NCBI GenBank assembly: GCA_965221695.1
Contig: OZ244905.1
Coordinates: forward strand, 1,792,001-1,856,000
Source of the DNA: Gammaproteobacteria bacterium
GTDB lineage: Bacteria; Pseudomonadota; Gammaproteobacteria; Eutrophobiales; Eutrophobiaceae
Reading direction: 5' to 3'
Length of the DNA stretch: 64,000 nucleotides
Below, piece by piece: positions 41,549 to 52,676 of this stretch (the first letter of the stretch is position 1; each line of letters opens with the position of its first letter). The notes below the pieces were generated by a model, which did not search any database, was not told where the DNA came from, and saw nothing but the letters and a program-made list of their open reading frames with translations. Both the position numbers and the translations under genes were made by a program.

Positions 41549-42082
41549 TCAGCTTAGTTGATTACGCATTTCGGTCAGCCGGCCACGCAAAGACGCATCA
41601 ATGATCGAATCACCGGCGCGGATAACAGCGCCGCCAATCAAGGACTGGTCGATTGAAGTAACGATATTTACCTGTTTGCCCAAGCGTGCCGATATTGAGC
41701 CGGCTATAGTGTCCTTTTGTTGCTGGTCCAATTCATATGCCGTTACGACTTCAACTTCCAGCCTGCCTTCCGCGTCTGCCCGCATCTGTTCGTACAACTG
41801 CTTAATCTGCGGCGCATATTGCAACCGCTCTGCCTGAACCAGTATCTTTACCAGGTTTCGGCCTGTGTCGGAAAGCCCATCGCGATACACATCAAAGATC
41901 AATTCCTGCAGTTGCTCCGAACTGACTTTGGGGTTGAAAATCAGCCGGCGCATATCAGGGTCGGAGACAAGCAGGCCCAACAAGTCCAGCATGCTCGACC
42001 ACTCCGCCACCTGTTGCGACTCCTGGGCCAACTCAAACACGGCGGTCGCATAAGGTCTTGCTATGGTGACATTCTCTAGCAT
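41549..42082 (-). CDS. atpH: ATP synthase delta
   Basis: TIARPYA, LIGGAVIRAGD..IDASLRG. Confidence 0.96.
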   Translation of the reverse strand: MLENVTIARPYATAVFELAQESQQVAEWSSMLDLLGLLVSDPDMRRLIFNPKVSSEQLQELIFDVYRDGLSDTGRNLVKILVQAERLQYAPQIKQLYEQMRADAEGRLEVEVVTAYELDQQQKDTIAGSISARLGKQVNIVTSIDQSLIGGAVIRAGDSIIDASLRGRLTEMRNQLS

Positions 42083-42112
42083 CGGTGCAATAGCGTCCTA
42101 TTTGAGGCTGTG

Positions 42113-42583
42113 TTACAAACGTGCGCCAATGTTGGCCAATACTTCATCATGCGCGGTCTTATCGACTTCACGCATCAGGATTTGTTCGGCGCCGGCCAAC
42201 GCAAGCGTCGCGACTTCCTCTCGCAACTGGTCTCTCGCCAGGGTGCGTTCCTGTTCGATTTCAGACCGGGCTGCTTCGATCAAGCGTTCGCCTTCCGTCT
42301 TTGCCGTGTTCTTCGCTTCTTCCATAATCTCATCCCCGCGTCTTTGCGCCTGGGCGATGATCTCCGCGGCCTGTTGTTTGCCTTCTTCCACCAACTCCAC
42401 CAGGCGGCGGTCGGCTTCCGTCAGCTTGGTCTGACCGGCCTCAGCGGCGGCGAGGCCATCGGCGATACGTTTTTCGCGTTCCTGCAGGGCCTGCATTATC
42501 GGCGGCCAGACAAACCGCATACAGAACCAGACAAAGATGAACAGCGATATCGCCTGGCCGAGCAGGGTAAGATTAATGTTCAT
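42113..42583 (-). CDS. atpF: ATP synthase b
   Basis: [22 protein letters not shown]. Confidence 0.97.
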   Translation of the reverse strand: MNINLTLLGQAISLFIFVWFCMRFVWPPIMQALQEREKRIADGLAAAEAGQTKLTEADRRLVELVEEGKQQAAEIIAQAQRRGDEIMEEAKNTAKTEGERLIEAARSEIEQERTLARDQLREEVATLALAGAEQILMREVDKTAHDEVLANIGARL

Positions 42584-42602
42584 GCAGCAGGCTCCGCGCT
42601 GT

Positions 42603-42956
<354 letters not shown>

Positions 42957-42970
42957 TTATAGATGGAAAG

Positions 42971-43792
<822 letters not shown>

Positions 43793-43821
43793 TTAATCCT
43801 CCGTCTGCTTCCTGTGCTACG

Positions 43822-44223
43822 TTACCCTCGACCGGCGCGCAGGTTCACACTCAGCGCCCAGGCGTATACTGTCAGCGTCGCGGCATACGTGGTCACGAAT
43901 ACCGGAAAATTGACCGGCGCCGTCGCAAACACGATGCAGAACAGCGCTATCACCAGTAATATTTTCATAAAATGCGCCAGGCACAGGTTTCTGACGAACT
44001 GCTGCGCGCTCTTCGCCTTGCTGCCGAATACCTTTCTCCCCGTATACCACGTCGATAGCGCGCTGATGCCACCTGCAAGAATGGCAGACAAGGCCGCGAT
44101 GCGGCCCAGCGCCGGCAGCAGCAATACGCCGGCACAGAGCGCTATGCCGATTTGCATCAATGCGATCCTGTCAGGAACGACATTTATTCTCGGAGATTTC
44201 AAAAACCTGTCCACCAGGCACAA
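43822..44223 (-). CDS. atpI: ATP synthase protein I
   Basis: Small 4-TM protein heading the atp operon; start uncertain. Confidence 0.7.
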   Translation of the reverse strand: MCLVDRFLKSPRINVVPDRIALMQIGIALCAGVLLLPALGRIAALSAILAGGISALSTWYTGRKVFGSKAKSAQQFVRNLCLAHFMKILLVIALFCIVFATAPVNFPVFVTTYAATLTVYAWALSVNLRAGRG

Positions 44224-44536
44224 CTCCCGTTTACGAGATGTGTTCAGTTGTATTTCTGCCCGGGGATCGGACCGTTCAGTCGTTGCTTTTATCCACGGTA
44301 ACGGGCAAAGTCGGGCGATTATAAAGGACTTGTCAGATTAAATCAATCATTGCGTTGCACAAAATTATTTCCCGAGCTTTTTATAGCCGTCTGATACAGT
44401 TTTAATATTGCTTTGAGACCAATCCAGCCAGTTTCTTACGTGCCTGCCAGCATTTTATATCTGCCTTTACAATAAGGATAAATATCGAATTTGATAGACG
44501 GTTCCATAAGAACTTCGACTTTGATTTGTCAACCTC

Positions 44537-44562
44537 GAAGACCTGACTTAATCAGAGGTTCC
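44537..44562. repeat. Degenerate family-A element
   Basis: GAAGACCTGA cttaa TCAGAGGTTCC. Confidence 0.65.
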
Positions 44563-44564
44563 CT

Positions 44565-44617
44565 ATTTTAGGTTGACTCTAAAATAAACATGTCTATTAT
44601 AGAGTTAGCTCTAAAAT
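44565..44617 (+). promoter_or_regulatory. Sigma70-like promoter overlapped by two related imperfect palindromes
   Basis: TTGACT(44573)-N16-TATTAT(44595); ATTTTAGGTTGACTCTAAAAT and ATTATAGAGTTAGCTCTAAAAT. Confidence 0.55.
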
Positions 44618-44646
44618 TTACATGAACAAAGACGCACTGTGCAATA

Positions 44647-45783
44647 ATGACTATCCATCGATACCTGACAGCGAGTGTCAAGGCAGACCTGGCGGAAAAA
44701 ATGGTCTTTTTGGGTGGACCAAGGCAAGTGGGTAAAACGACGCTTTCCCTCAGCCTGATACCTGGCGCTGACGAGTCTCATCCGGCATACCTGAATTGGG
44801 ACTTGCACGAGGTCCAACGCATGCTCCTGAACGGGCAATTGCCGGCGGAGCAATCGCTGCTTATTTTAGATGAGATTCACAAGCACAAAGGCTGGCGCAA
44901 CCTGGTCAAGGGCTTTTACGATAAACACAGGTCAAATAAGCGTTTTCTCGTTACCGGCTCGGCGCGTCTGGATCATTATCGGCGCGGTGGCGATTCATTA
45001 CAGGGACGTTACCATTACTTGCGTCTGCATCCTTTTTCGTTATACGAATTGAATGCTGCGCCAACCGGGTCGGATTTATCGGCATTACTGCGTTATGGCG
45101 GTTTTCCCGAACCGTTTTTAAAGCAGAACACCCGTCATTGGAAAAGGTGGCAGAGGGAAAGACAAAGCCGTGTTATACAAGAGGACCTGGTCAACCTGGA
45201 AAACGTGAAGGAAGTATCGCAACTGGGTTTATTGGCCCGGATCTTGCCCGATAAGGTGTCTTCAACCCTTTCCGTCAACAACCTGAAACAAGACTTGTCT
45301 GTCGCCTATGAAACTGCGGAGAGGTGGGTCACGATCCTGGAAAACCTTTACTATTGTTACAGGATTTCGCCCTATGGGTTGCCCCACTTGCGCGCCTTGA
45401 AGAAAGAGAGGAAGCTGTATCTTTGGGATTGGTCTCTTTGTAGCGATGCCGGCGCGCGCTTCGAGAATATGGTCGCATCCCACTTGTTGAAGTATTGTCA
45501 TTTCCTGGAAGATACCGAAGGCGATGCGATGGCATTGACGTTTATTCGGGATGCGGCCGGGAGAGAGCTTGACTTTGTCGTGACGCAAAACGGCAAGCCA
45601 CTATTTGCGGTTGAATGCAAAACCGGGGAACGAAACCTGGGCAAGAACATCGCGTACTTTTCTCAACGCACCGATATTCCTTATTTTTACCAGGTACATA
45701 TCGGGGACAAAGACTACGAACAGCCGGAATTAAACGCCAGAGTTATTCCGTTTACTCGTTTTTGTGAATTGTTGAAATTATAA
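44647..45783 (+). CDS. AAA+ ATPase (AAA_14 + DUF4143, COG1373-like)
   Basis: GPRQVGKTT, ILDEIHK, VTGSA, SLQGR, GGFPE, KLYLWD, ELDFV..FAVECK. Confidence 0.9.
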   Translation: MTIHRYLTASVKADLAEKMVFLGGPRQVGKTTLSLSLIPGADESHPAYLNWDLHEVQRMLLNGQLPAEQSLLILDEIHKHKGWRNLVKGFYDKHRSNKRFLVTGSARLDHYRRGGDSLQGRYHYLRLHPFSLYELNAAPTGSDLSALLRYGGFPEPFLKQNTRHWKRWQRERQSRVIQEDLVNLENVKEVSQLGLLARILPDKVSSTLSVNNLKQDLSVAYETAERWVTILENLYYCYRISPYGLPHLRALKKERKLYLWDWSLCSDAGARFENMVASHLLKYCHFLEDTEGDAMALTFIRDAAGRELDFVVTQNGKPLFAVECKTGERNLGKNIAYFSQRTDIPYFYQVHIGDKDYEQPELNARVIPFTRFCELLKL

Positions 45784-45861
45784 AGCGGAAACCCAACCAT
45801 AACGGCCGCCTTGCCCGACAAGCGCGGATCTGCATTACTTTAATCATTCTCAGCATTTGGT

Positions 45862-46485
45862 TTAGCGCTCCCAGGTCCACGCTATCACCTTGGCCACATC
45901 TTAAACAAACACCGGCGTAAAACGCGCCTCGGCACAGGCCAATGGAAATACCAGCGGCGCCAACTTGAGCAATGTCGCAAAGCGGTTGAAGAAACTGTCC
46001 TCAATACCGAAAATCACAGAAGGATGGTAACTGGTGACCCGGATACCTACGGCGGCATGAACCATATCTTCCGCCGCCCCCTTGCTGCGCAGGTAATGGC
46101 TGGCTCCGGCCAGCGCATCCGCATCGATTGCGCTCATATGCAACAGGCGCTGTATGTTGAGCCGCCGGCAAGCGCGGATAACCTTGCCGGTCAACTCCAC
46201 ATGCACATGGTGAAAACCAGAATCGTTGCGCCCACCCTCATTCAGAATCCCGACCAGGTTGATGACCGCATCACAGCCAGACAATGCAGCAGAGAGTTGC
46301 TCCTGGTCGTGAACATCTACCTCAACCTGCTCCAGGTTCGCCAAGGAACCAAGAACTGGGTGGTTGCCCGTCCGTAAGCGTGTCAATATTTTCAACTCAT
46401 AACCGGCATGGCTCAATTCCCGAGCGAGCGCGCAGCCGAGAAAACCACTACCACCAAGGATGCCGATCTTTCTGATGTTATACTC
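45862..46485 (-). pseudogene. NDUFA9-like NAD-dependent epimerase/SDR pseudogene
   Basis: ILGGSGFLG, AVINLVGIL, HMSA, YLRSK. In-frame TAA in PVFV*DVAKV, a second stop soon after, and no proper start codon. Confidence 0.78.
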
Positions 46486-46738
46486 ATTCCTGGTGTGTAG
46501 AGATGAATGGTAAGGTATCGCCCTGAATTTATGTATTGTTATTTTGAGAGACAATAAGCAACACGAGGGGAGTACACCACCATAAAACAAGATACTGTAG
46601 TTGCCCTGAAAATGCCAGAAGATGATGAGGATATTCAGGCCCGTAGTATTTGGTGAGGTTGTCTGTCCATAAACGGGAATTGGATTGTGTATTCGTTCAA
46701 CAATATCTAAGAAGTATTACCTGTAGCGCTTCGGTGTG

Positions 46739-47839
46739 TCACCTCACCGGCAGCGTCAGCGTGGGTCCCCTGGATTGGGTTTGACCGGCCTGCAGGTCGA
46801 ACAATTGTCTTAGCAGCATGAAGGTGGATTTAGTTTCGAGGTCAGTGTCTTCAATGTAGAACCAGTGGTTGCGGTAGTAGGTGGCGATGTACGCGTTTTC
46901 GGGTCGTTCGGTGGCGGATTTGACTTTGAACAAGCGGCCGGCCGGGGTGTTGTTCCAGTCGAATGCGCCGCCGGTTTTTGCTGTTGTGGTAGTAACAAGG
47001 CCGTCGTACCGATGGCGGGCCGGAATTTCGACATTTTGCGACAGGTAATACAGCAGGCCGGAGATGGAACGGGTGCGTACTGACCATTGCGTGTGTTTTA
47101 TTTCCAGGAAGTCTGTGCTCAATTCAAAGTCATTGATATTACGGTCCAGTTGCAGCAACTCATAAATCCGGTCAGTTTCATATTTGTGATCATCCTGGCC
47201 GGTAACCAGTCTGACGATGATGGCATCGCCGCCCTCATTTTGCCTGGCGCCGATTTCTATCAACTGTTTTTTTTGTAGCGCGCTCAATGCTTGCAGTAAA
47301 ACGCTGAATTGTTCGTGCTCAGGTTCATGCTTCGGGGTCGGCCCGGAGGCGTTGGGCGCGTTGTAGAGATCATTGATTCGTTCCAGGCACAGGCCGAACA
47401 CCCGATCGATATTCCAACCTGATTGTGTCAACACCAGGATGTCTTCCAGTTGCACGGGGCTGAGGATGCTCTTTAGCAGATCTTCACCTTGCAGGGGTGT
47501 GTAGGAAATTGTTGGTTTGTCGAAATAGGCGACCCCGGCGCCGGGGCTGATACTGTCGCTGCCCCCGAAATTGACTCCGGCATTGAGCCCGGCATTCGCG
47601 CTCAGCGACAGGCTAGCCGTCACGCTACCGATTTCCAGGAAAAAAGGCACATCACGGTAGCGCATCCGCACCAGGTTTTGCAGCATCTGCTCATTGATGG
47701 AGGCAATTATGGCTTGATTGTAGGCGGGATGCGTGCGTTCCAGGGCCGTCGGGCCGAACGCTGACTGGCAGCCGGATAGCAGGACCGGCAGTGTCAATAT
47801 AAGGAGGGCGCTAATAAGGCGGTTGCGCATGGTGGTCAT
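46739..47839 (-). CDS. Hypothetical lipoprotein
   Basis: Lipobox LLSGC; YNQAI..EQMLQNLVRMRYRD.PFFL, PTISYTPLQG, WFYI.DTD..TKSTF. Confidence 0.8.
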   Translation of the reverse strand: MTTMRNRLISALLILTLPVLLSGCQSAFGPTALERTHPAYNQAIIASINEQMLQNLVRMRYRDVPFFLEIGSVTASLSLSANAGLNAGVNFGGSDSISPGAGVAYFDKPTISYTPLQGEDLLKSILSPVQLEDILVLTQSGWNIDRVFGLCLERINDLYNAPNASGPTPKHEPEHEQFSVLLQALSALQKKQLIEIGARQNEGGDAIIVRLVTGQDDHKYETDRIYELLQLDRNINDFELSTDFLEIKHTQWSVRTRSISGLLYYLSQNVEIPARHRYDGLVTTTTAKTGGAFDWNNTPAGRLFKVKSATERPENAYIATYYRNHWFYIEDTDLETKSTFMLLRQLFDLQAGQTQSRGPTLTLPVR

Positions 47840-47903
47840 AGATCGGAAGTCTACAGGATAGTGAGGTAGACATGAAGAATTTACTGGACGCTAAAAGCAG
47901 AGT

Positions 47904-47986
47904 GTCGCCTTAAGCGACCTGTTGTTTTACTGGATTCCCGTTTTTCAGCCTGCCCCTGTATGGCGTTGAGCAGGGGCGAGAATGGG
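47904..47986. repeat. Degenerate REP unit related to 32226-32444
   Basis: GTCGCCTTAAGCGACC...CTGGATTCCCG...[GCCCCTG..CAGGGGC]GAGAATGG. Confidence 0.5.
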
Positions 47987-48007
47987 ATAAGAAAGACTGT
48001 TCTTTTG

Positions 48008-48025
48008 AATGAATAATCATTCATT
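48008..48025. promoter_or_regulatory. Perfect inverted repeat AATGAAT-N4-ATTCATT, candidate TetR operator
   Basis: About 62 bp upstream of the first gene of the catabolic cluster. Confidence 0.6.
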
Positions 48026-48087
48026 TCTTGTGGACAGTATAACCCGGATATGGCATGATACGAATCGCATAACTCATCTCGGCCGAC

Positions 48088-49419
48088 ATGTCACGCAAAC
48101 ACGATAAATCAGCAGCACATTTTCAGAAGGCGTTGACTCGCCTGCCGCTGGGCGTGACTTCCAATTTTCGCTACTGGGGGGATGACAGAACGATTTACAT
48201 CAAACAGGGGAAAGGCGCCCGGATTTGGGATATCGACGGCAACGAATACATCGACTACCGCATGGGTTACGGCCCCGCTATCCTCGGGTACGCTGATGAA
48301 AGGGTCGACGAAGCCGCCCGTCACGGCATGGAGACAGGCGGCGTGTTCGCGCTGGCGACGGAGCTTGAATACCAGGTTGCTGAACGTCTTTGTAAGATGG
48401 CGCCGTCTGCCGAACAGGCGAGATTTTCCGTATCCGGAACGGAAGCGGTGATGGCTGCCTTGAGGCTGGCCCGAGCCTGTGCCGGTAAGGATGAGTACGT
48501 GCTGGTTGAAGGGGGTTATCACGGTATATTCAGCGAGGCGTTATGGTACTCTGAGGTCGAGAACTGGCAGGAAAAAGAAGGAGACCCGGCGCTGCTGCCC
48601 TATGGTGATGGCGTGCCAGACCTTTACCGCCACTTGGTTCACAGTGTTCCCTTGAACGATTCCGATCGCCTTGAAAGCCTGTTCCGACACCGCGCTGATA
48701 AAATCGCCGCATTCCTGATTGAACCTATCATGGGTAATTGCTGTTCCATCACCGCCAGCAACCAATACCTCAAGGATACGCGCGAACTGTGCAGCCGTTA
48801 TGACGTGATACTGATCATCGACGAGGTAAAAACCGGGTTCCGGGTCGCTAAAGGAGGCGCACAGGAACTGCTGGGGGTGGATGCGGACCTTTGCGCGTTT
48901 GCAAAAGCCATGGCCAACGGTTACCCGATTTCCGCGTTGGCCGGCAAGGAAGAATATATGCGCGCTATCGGAGACGGGGTGACCCATGGCGGCACTTACT
49001 GTGGCCACTCGGTCTCCCTGGCTGCCGCTGAAAGAACTCTGCAGATTCTCGATGAGACGGACGCGCTGGGATCCATCGCCGCCCGGGGCGAACAACTGCT
49101 GCAAGGCCTCGGCGAGGTATTGACCCGGCGCGGCATCCCTCATTGTTTTGTTGGTCATCCCTCCATGCCAGGATTATTCTTTAGTTCGGAACCGCCAAAT
49201 GACTACCGCGACTGGGCGCGTTCCGATTACACTTTCTACAAGGCGCTGGCGCCTAACCTGCATGACGCCGGCGTGCTGGTGGAACCTGATTCGCGCGAGC
49301 CGTGGTTCCTTTGCGAAGCCCACGATGAAGCCTGCATAGAAGAAACCGTGACAAAGTTTGAACAAGCGGTACACGTGACGCTCGAACAGCAACAGGGTAA
49401 GCGCTACGGAGCCGTCTAA
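48088..49419 (+). CDS. Class III PLP aminotransferase (GSA-aminomutase-like)
   Basis: WDIDGNEYIDY, SGTEAVM, GGYHG, IIDEVKTGFR, FAKAMANG. Confidence 0.88.
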   Translation: MSRKHDKSAAHFQKALTRLPLGVTSNFRYWGDDRTIYIKQGKGARIWDIDGNEYIDYRMGYGPAILGYADERVDEAARHGMETGGVFALATELEYQVAERLCKMAPSAEQARFSVSGTEAVMAALRLARACAGKDEYVLVEGGYHGIFSEALWYSEVENWQEKEGDPALLPYGDGVPDLYRHLVHSVPLNDSDRLESLFRHRADKIAAFLIEPIMGNCCSITASNQYLKDTRELCSRYDVILIIDEVKTGFRVAKGGAQELLGVDADLCAFAKAMANGYPISALAGKEEYMRAIGDGVTHGGTYCGHSVSLAAAERTLQILDETDALGSIAARGEQLLQGLGEVLTRRGIPHCFVGHPSMPGLFFSSEPPNDYRDWARSDYTFYKALAPNLHDAGVLVEPDSREPWFLCEAHDEACIEETVTKFEQAVHVTLEQQQGKRYGAV

Positions 49420-49507
49420 GCTGTATTCTCCATATATCATGTTTCCGATAACGCCAAACGACCTGGTGAGAAACACGGGTTAATACAGCCAACGGAGAAC
49501 AGAAGTC

Positions 49508-51124
49508 GTGAAGCATTATGACGCAATCGTCATCGGCGCCGGTCACAATGGCCTGACCAATGCCGCATTCCTGGCCAAGGCCGGTTTGTCTGTGCTGGTC
49601 GTGGAAAAAAATCCCTGGATAGGCGGCGCGTCTGTCAGCCGCTCCTTGTACCCGGGCTGGACTTATTCCAACTGTTCCTATGTATGCAGCCTGTTCCGCC
49701 CGGAGATCTACCGCGACCTGGAGTTGGCGCGCCACGGCCTGCAGGTCATTCCTTATGAAGGCGGCATCACCTTTATGCGCAACGGGGATTATTTTGGTAG
49801 TTATGGCGACGAGGAGCGCCAGTATCGGGAAATGGCGAGGCATTCAAGACGCGATGCCGACGCGTATTTTCGCTATGAGGCGGATGTGATGCGTCAGACC
49901 CAACTGATACGTCCGCTGTTAATGCGGACACCGCCGGACCCGACATCGTTCAGACCCCGGGACATCATGGAATTGATCCATTTCATAAAATCCTACTGGG
50001 ACCTGGGCGAGGAAGCCCTGTGCGATACCGTCCGCTTTTGGACCATGAGCATCGGCGACTTTCTGGACGAATATTTTGAAACAGACGTGATCAAAGCACA
50101 CCTGGCCGGCAGCGGCATTATCGGCACCGCGCTGGGGGTTTATTCTCCGGGCTCGGCCTACGTGTTGCTGCATCATTATATGGGCGATGTGGACGGCAGT
50201 ATCGGCTCCTGGGGTTTTGCACGAGGCGGCATGGGCGCCATCGCCAATGCTCTGGCCGGCGCTTTCCAGGCCCATGGCGGCGAGATTAAAGTCGATGCAG
50301 GCGTTGACAAAATCCTTGTGGACGGACGACGCGTCAAAGGCGTGGCGCTGGAAAACGGCGACGAATTCCACGCCGATATCGTCGTTTCCAATCTCGATCC
50401 GAAACGCACCTTCCTGGACATCATGAATGCAAGAGACCTGCCGCCGGAGCTGGTGAGCAAAGCGCGCAACTTCAAGATTCGCGGCTCTTCCGGGAAGCTC
50501 AATATCGCCCTGGACGGCATGCCCTCGTTTCATGCCATCTCCGGCGACCATGAGTTGTTCAAAGCGGATTTTCATTTTATCGACTCGCTGGAACGCATGG
50601 AACTGGCCTACGATGACTGGAAAAACGGTACCTGGTCAAAAGATCCTTACCTCGATACCCTGATACCCACCCGCGTCGACCCGACCATGGCCCCGCCCGG
50701 CAAACACATGATGAGCGTATTTGTCCAATATTGCCCGCCGCAAGTGAACGGCGAGGACTGGACCGATGAGCAACGGGATCAGTTCGGGCAAACCGTGATT
50801 GACCAGATTTCGGAATACAGTCCTGATTTCAAGGATTTGATCCTGCATGCTGAAATCCGCACACCGCGGGAGTTGGAACAGGAAGTGGGGCTGACCGAAG
50901 GCAACATCTTCCAGGGTGAACTGACCTTCGACCAACTGCTGTTTAACAGGCCCTTCCCTGGCTATGCTCGCTATCGAGGGCCTCTGCAAGGCATGTACCT
51001 GTGTGGTTCCGGCACGCACCCGGGCGGCGGCGTAATGGGCGCGCCGGGCGCTAATGCCGCCAGGGAAATCCTGCGCGACCTGCGCCGCGCCAATGTCGTC
51101 CCGGAAACGTTTTGTGATGACTGA
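49508..51124 (+). CDS. FAD-dependent oxidoreductase, COG1233/PYROXD2-like, subunit 1
   Basis: GAGHNGL, GGMGAI, GNIFQGEL, YLCGSGTHPGGGVMGAPG. Confidence 0.9.
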   Translation: MKHYDAIVIGAGHNGLTNAAFLAKAGLSVLVVEKNPWIGGASVSRSLYPGWTYSNCSYVCSLFRPEIYRDLELARHGLQVIPYEGGITFMRNGDYFGSYGDEERQYREMARHSRRDADAYFRYEADVMRQTQLIRPLLMRTPPDPTSFRPRDIMELIHFIKSYWDLGEEALCDTVRFWTMSIGDFLDEYFETDVIKAHLAGSGIIGTALGVYSPGSAYVLLHHYMGDVDGSIGSWGFARGGMGAIANALAGAFQAHGGEIKVDAGVDKILVDGRRVKGVALENGDEFHADIVVSNLDPKRTFLDIMNARDLPPELVSKARNFKIRGSSGKLNIALDGMPSFHAISGDHELFKADFHFIDSLERMELAYDDWKNGTWSKDPYLDTLIPTRVDPTMAPPGKHMMSVFVQYCPPQVNGEDWTDEQRDQFGQTVIDQISEYSPDFKDLILHAEIRTPRELEQEVGLTEGNIFQGELTFDQLLFNRPFPGYARYRGPLQGMYLCGSGTHPGGGVMGAPGANAAREILRDLRRANVVPETFCDD

Positions 51125-52676
51125 CCGTTACGATGCAATCGTCATAGGCGCCGGCCATAATGGCCTGGTTTGCGCCGCGTACCTGGCCCGCGCCGGTTAT
51201 TCAGTACTGGCGCTGGAAGCGAACGAGCAAGTCGGCGGCTGCGCCATCACCCGGGAGTTCGCTCCCGGCTATTCGGTCTCCGCCGGCGCGCACCTGTTGT
51301 GCGGATTGCCCGCGCGTATCGTCCACGACCTGGCGCCGGAACGGCGCGGCCTTCAATGGGCGGCCGCCGGCATGGATACGGTCGCGCTGGCGCCGGATGG
51401 CAATCACCTTACCTTGGGCCAGGATAGTGTGAACGGCCTTGAACTGCCCGGAGACGACCGCGCCGCATACCCCCTGTTCCTGCGCAAATACCGGCGCTTT
51501 GCCCGCTTGTTGCAAAAGACATTCCTGCGCCGACCTCCCCGGCTCGCCCATAATAGCCCGACGGAGCTGGCGCGCCTGGCCGGTCTGGCCCTGGAAGTGC
51601 GCCTGCTGGGCAAAGACCTGATGCGTGAATTGCTGCGCACCGGGGCAATCAATATCTACGATGTATTGCAGGAAACCTTCGCCGATAAGCGCTTGAAAGG
51701 CGCGCTCTCCCTGGATGCCCTGCTCGGCGCCAACCTGGGGCCGCGCTCGCCTGGTTCAGTCCTGACCTTCCTGTACCGATTGGCGGGACAGTGGGACCAT
51801 AGCGGCGTCTCGCTGCCCGCGGGAGGAATGAGCGCGCTGGCCCGCGCGCTGCGCAATGCCGCCGAGACCGCTGGGGTCGAGATCAGAACCGCGACACCGG
51901 TCAAGCGGGTGTTACTGGAACATGACCGGGCAGCCGGCGTAGAAACCGCATCAGGCGAACAGATAGCGGGGAGACTGATCGTATCCAATGCCGATCCGAA
52001 AACCACCTTCCTGCAACTGGTCGGAGCCAGGCACATGGAGACGGGTTTTGTCAGGCGCATTAATAATATTCGTATGCAGGGCAAGGCGGCCAAATTACAT
52101 CTCGCCCTGGACGGATTGCCGGAATTCCGGGGACTGACCGCGGCGCAAACGGGTCAAAGACTGCTGGTTGCGCCCTCGATGGATTATCTCGAGCAGGCAT
52201 TCGACGCCTCCAAGTACGGCAGGTTTTCTGAACAGCCAGCGCTGGAAATCAGTATCCCGACCAGCCACGACCAGAGCCTGGCGCCGTCCGGCAAGCATGT
52301 ATTGTCCGCCATCGTCCAGTACGTTCCCTTCCGGCTTCGTTCCGGTTGGGAAACCGGCAAAGACGCCCTTAAGCAATTGCTGATAAAACGCTTGGAGCAA
52401 TATGCGCCCGGCATCGGCAAGCAGGTAATTGCCGCAGAGTTGCTGGGGCCGCCGGACCTGGAAACAGAATTCAACATGCATGGCGGCCACTGGCATCACG
52501 GCGAATTAAGCATGGATCAATTTCTGATGCTACGGCCAGTCCCGAGCGCGGCGCGCTACCGCGCGCCGCTCACCGGACTGTACCTGTGCGGCGCCGGCTG
52601 CCACCCCGGCGGCGGTATAACCGGCTTGCCGGGATACAACGCCGCCAGGGAAATACTGAAACAGGAGAGGGCTTAA
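51117..52676 (+). CDS. FAD-dependent oxidoreductase, COG1233-like, subunit 2
   Basis: MTDRYDAIVIGAGHNGL, GHWHHGEL, YLCGAGCHPGGG; overlaps the previous gene. Confidence 0.9.
   Translation: MTDRYDAIVIGAGHNGLVCAAYLARAGYSVLALEANEQVGGCAITREFAPGYSVSAGAHLLCGLPARIVHDLAPERRGLQWAAAGMDTVALAPDGNHLTLGQDSVNGLELPGDDRAAYPLFLRKYRRFARLLQKTFLRRPPRLAHNSPTELARLAGLALEVRLLGKDLMRELLRTGAINIYDVLQETFADKRLKGALSLDALLGANLGPRSPGSVLTFLYRLAGQWDHSGVSLPAGGMSALARALRNAAETAGVEIRTATPVKRVLLEHDRAAGVETASGEQIAGRLIVSNADPKTTFLQLVGARHMETGFVRRINNIRMQGKAAKLHLALDGLPEFRGLTAAQTGQRLLVAPSMDYLEQAFDASKYGRFSEQPALEISIPTSHDQSLAPSGKHVLSAIVQYVPFRLRSGWETGKDALKQLLIKRLEQYAPGIGKQVIAAELLGPPDLETEFNMHGGHWHHGELSMDQFLMLRPVPSAARYRAPLTGLYLCGAGCHPGGGITGLPGYNAAREILKQERA

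Noticed and set aside
45898-45903. Recoded stop in the NDUFA9-like gene
   Set aside because: The stop is TAA, a second stop follows within about 13 codons, and the start is also damaged, so this is simple decay.
48088-49419. hemL assignment
   Set aside because: It lacks the typical GGVNSPVRAF segment (has GVTSNFRYW) and sits in a catabolic cluster, so it is left as a class III aminotransferase.
49508-52676. Carotenoid biosynthesis (phytoene desaturases)
   Set aside because: No crtB/crtE/crtY nearby, and the context is entirely amine uptake and catabolism.
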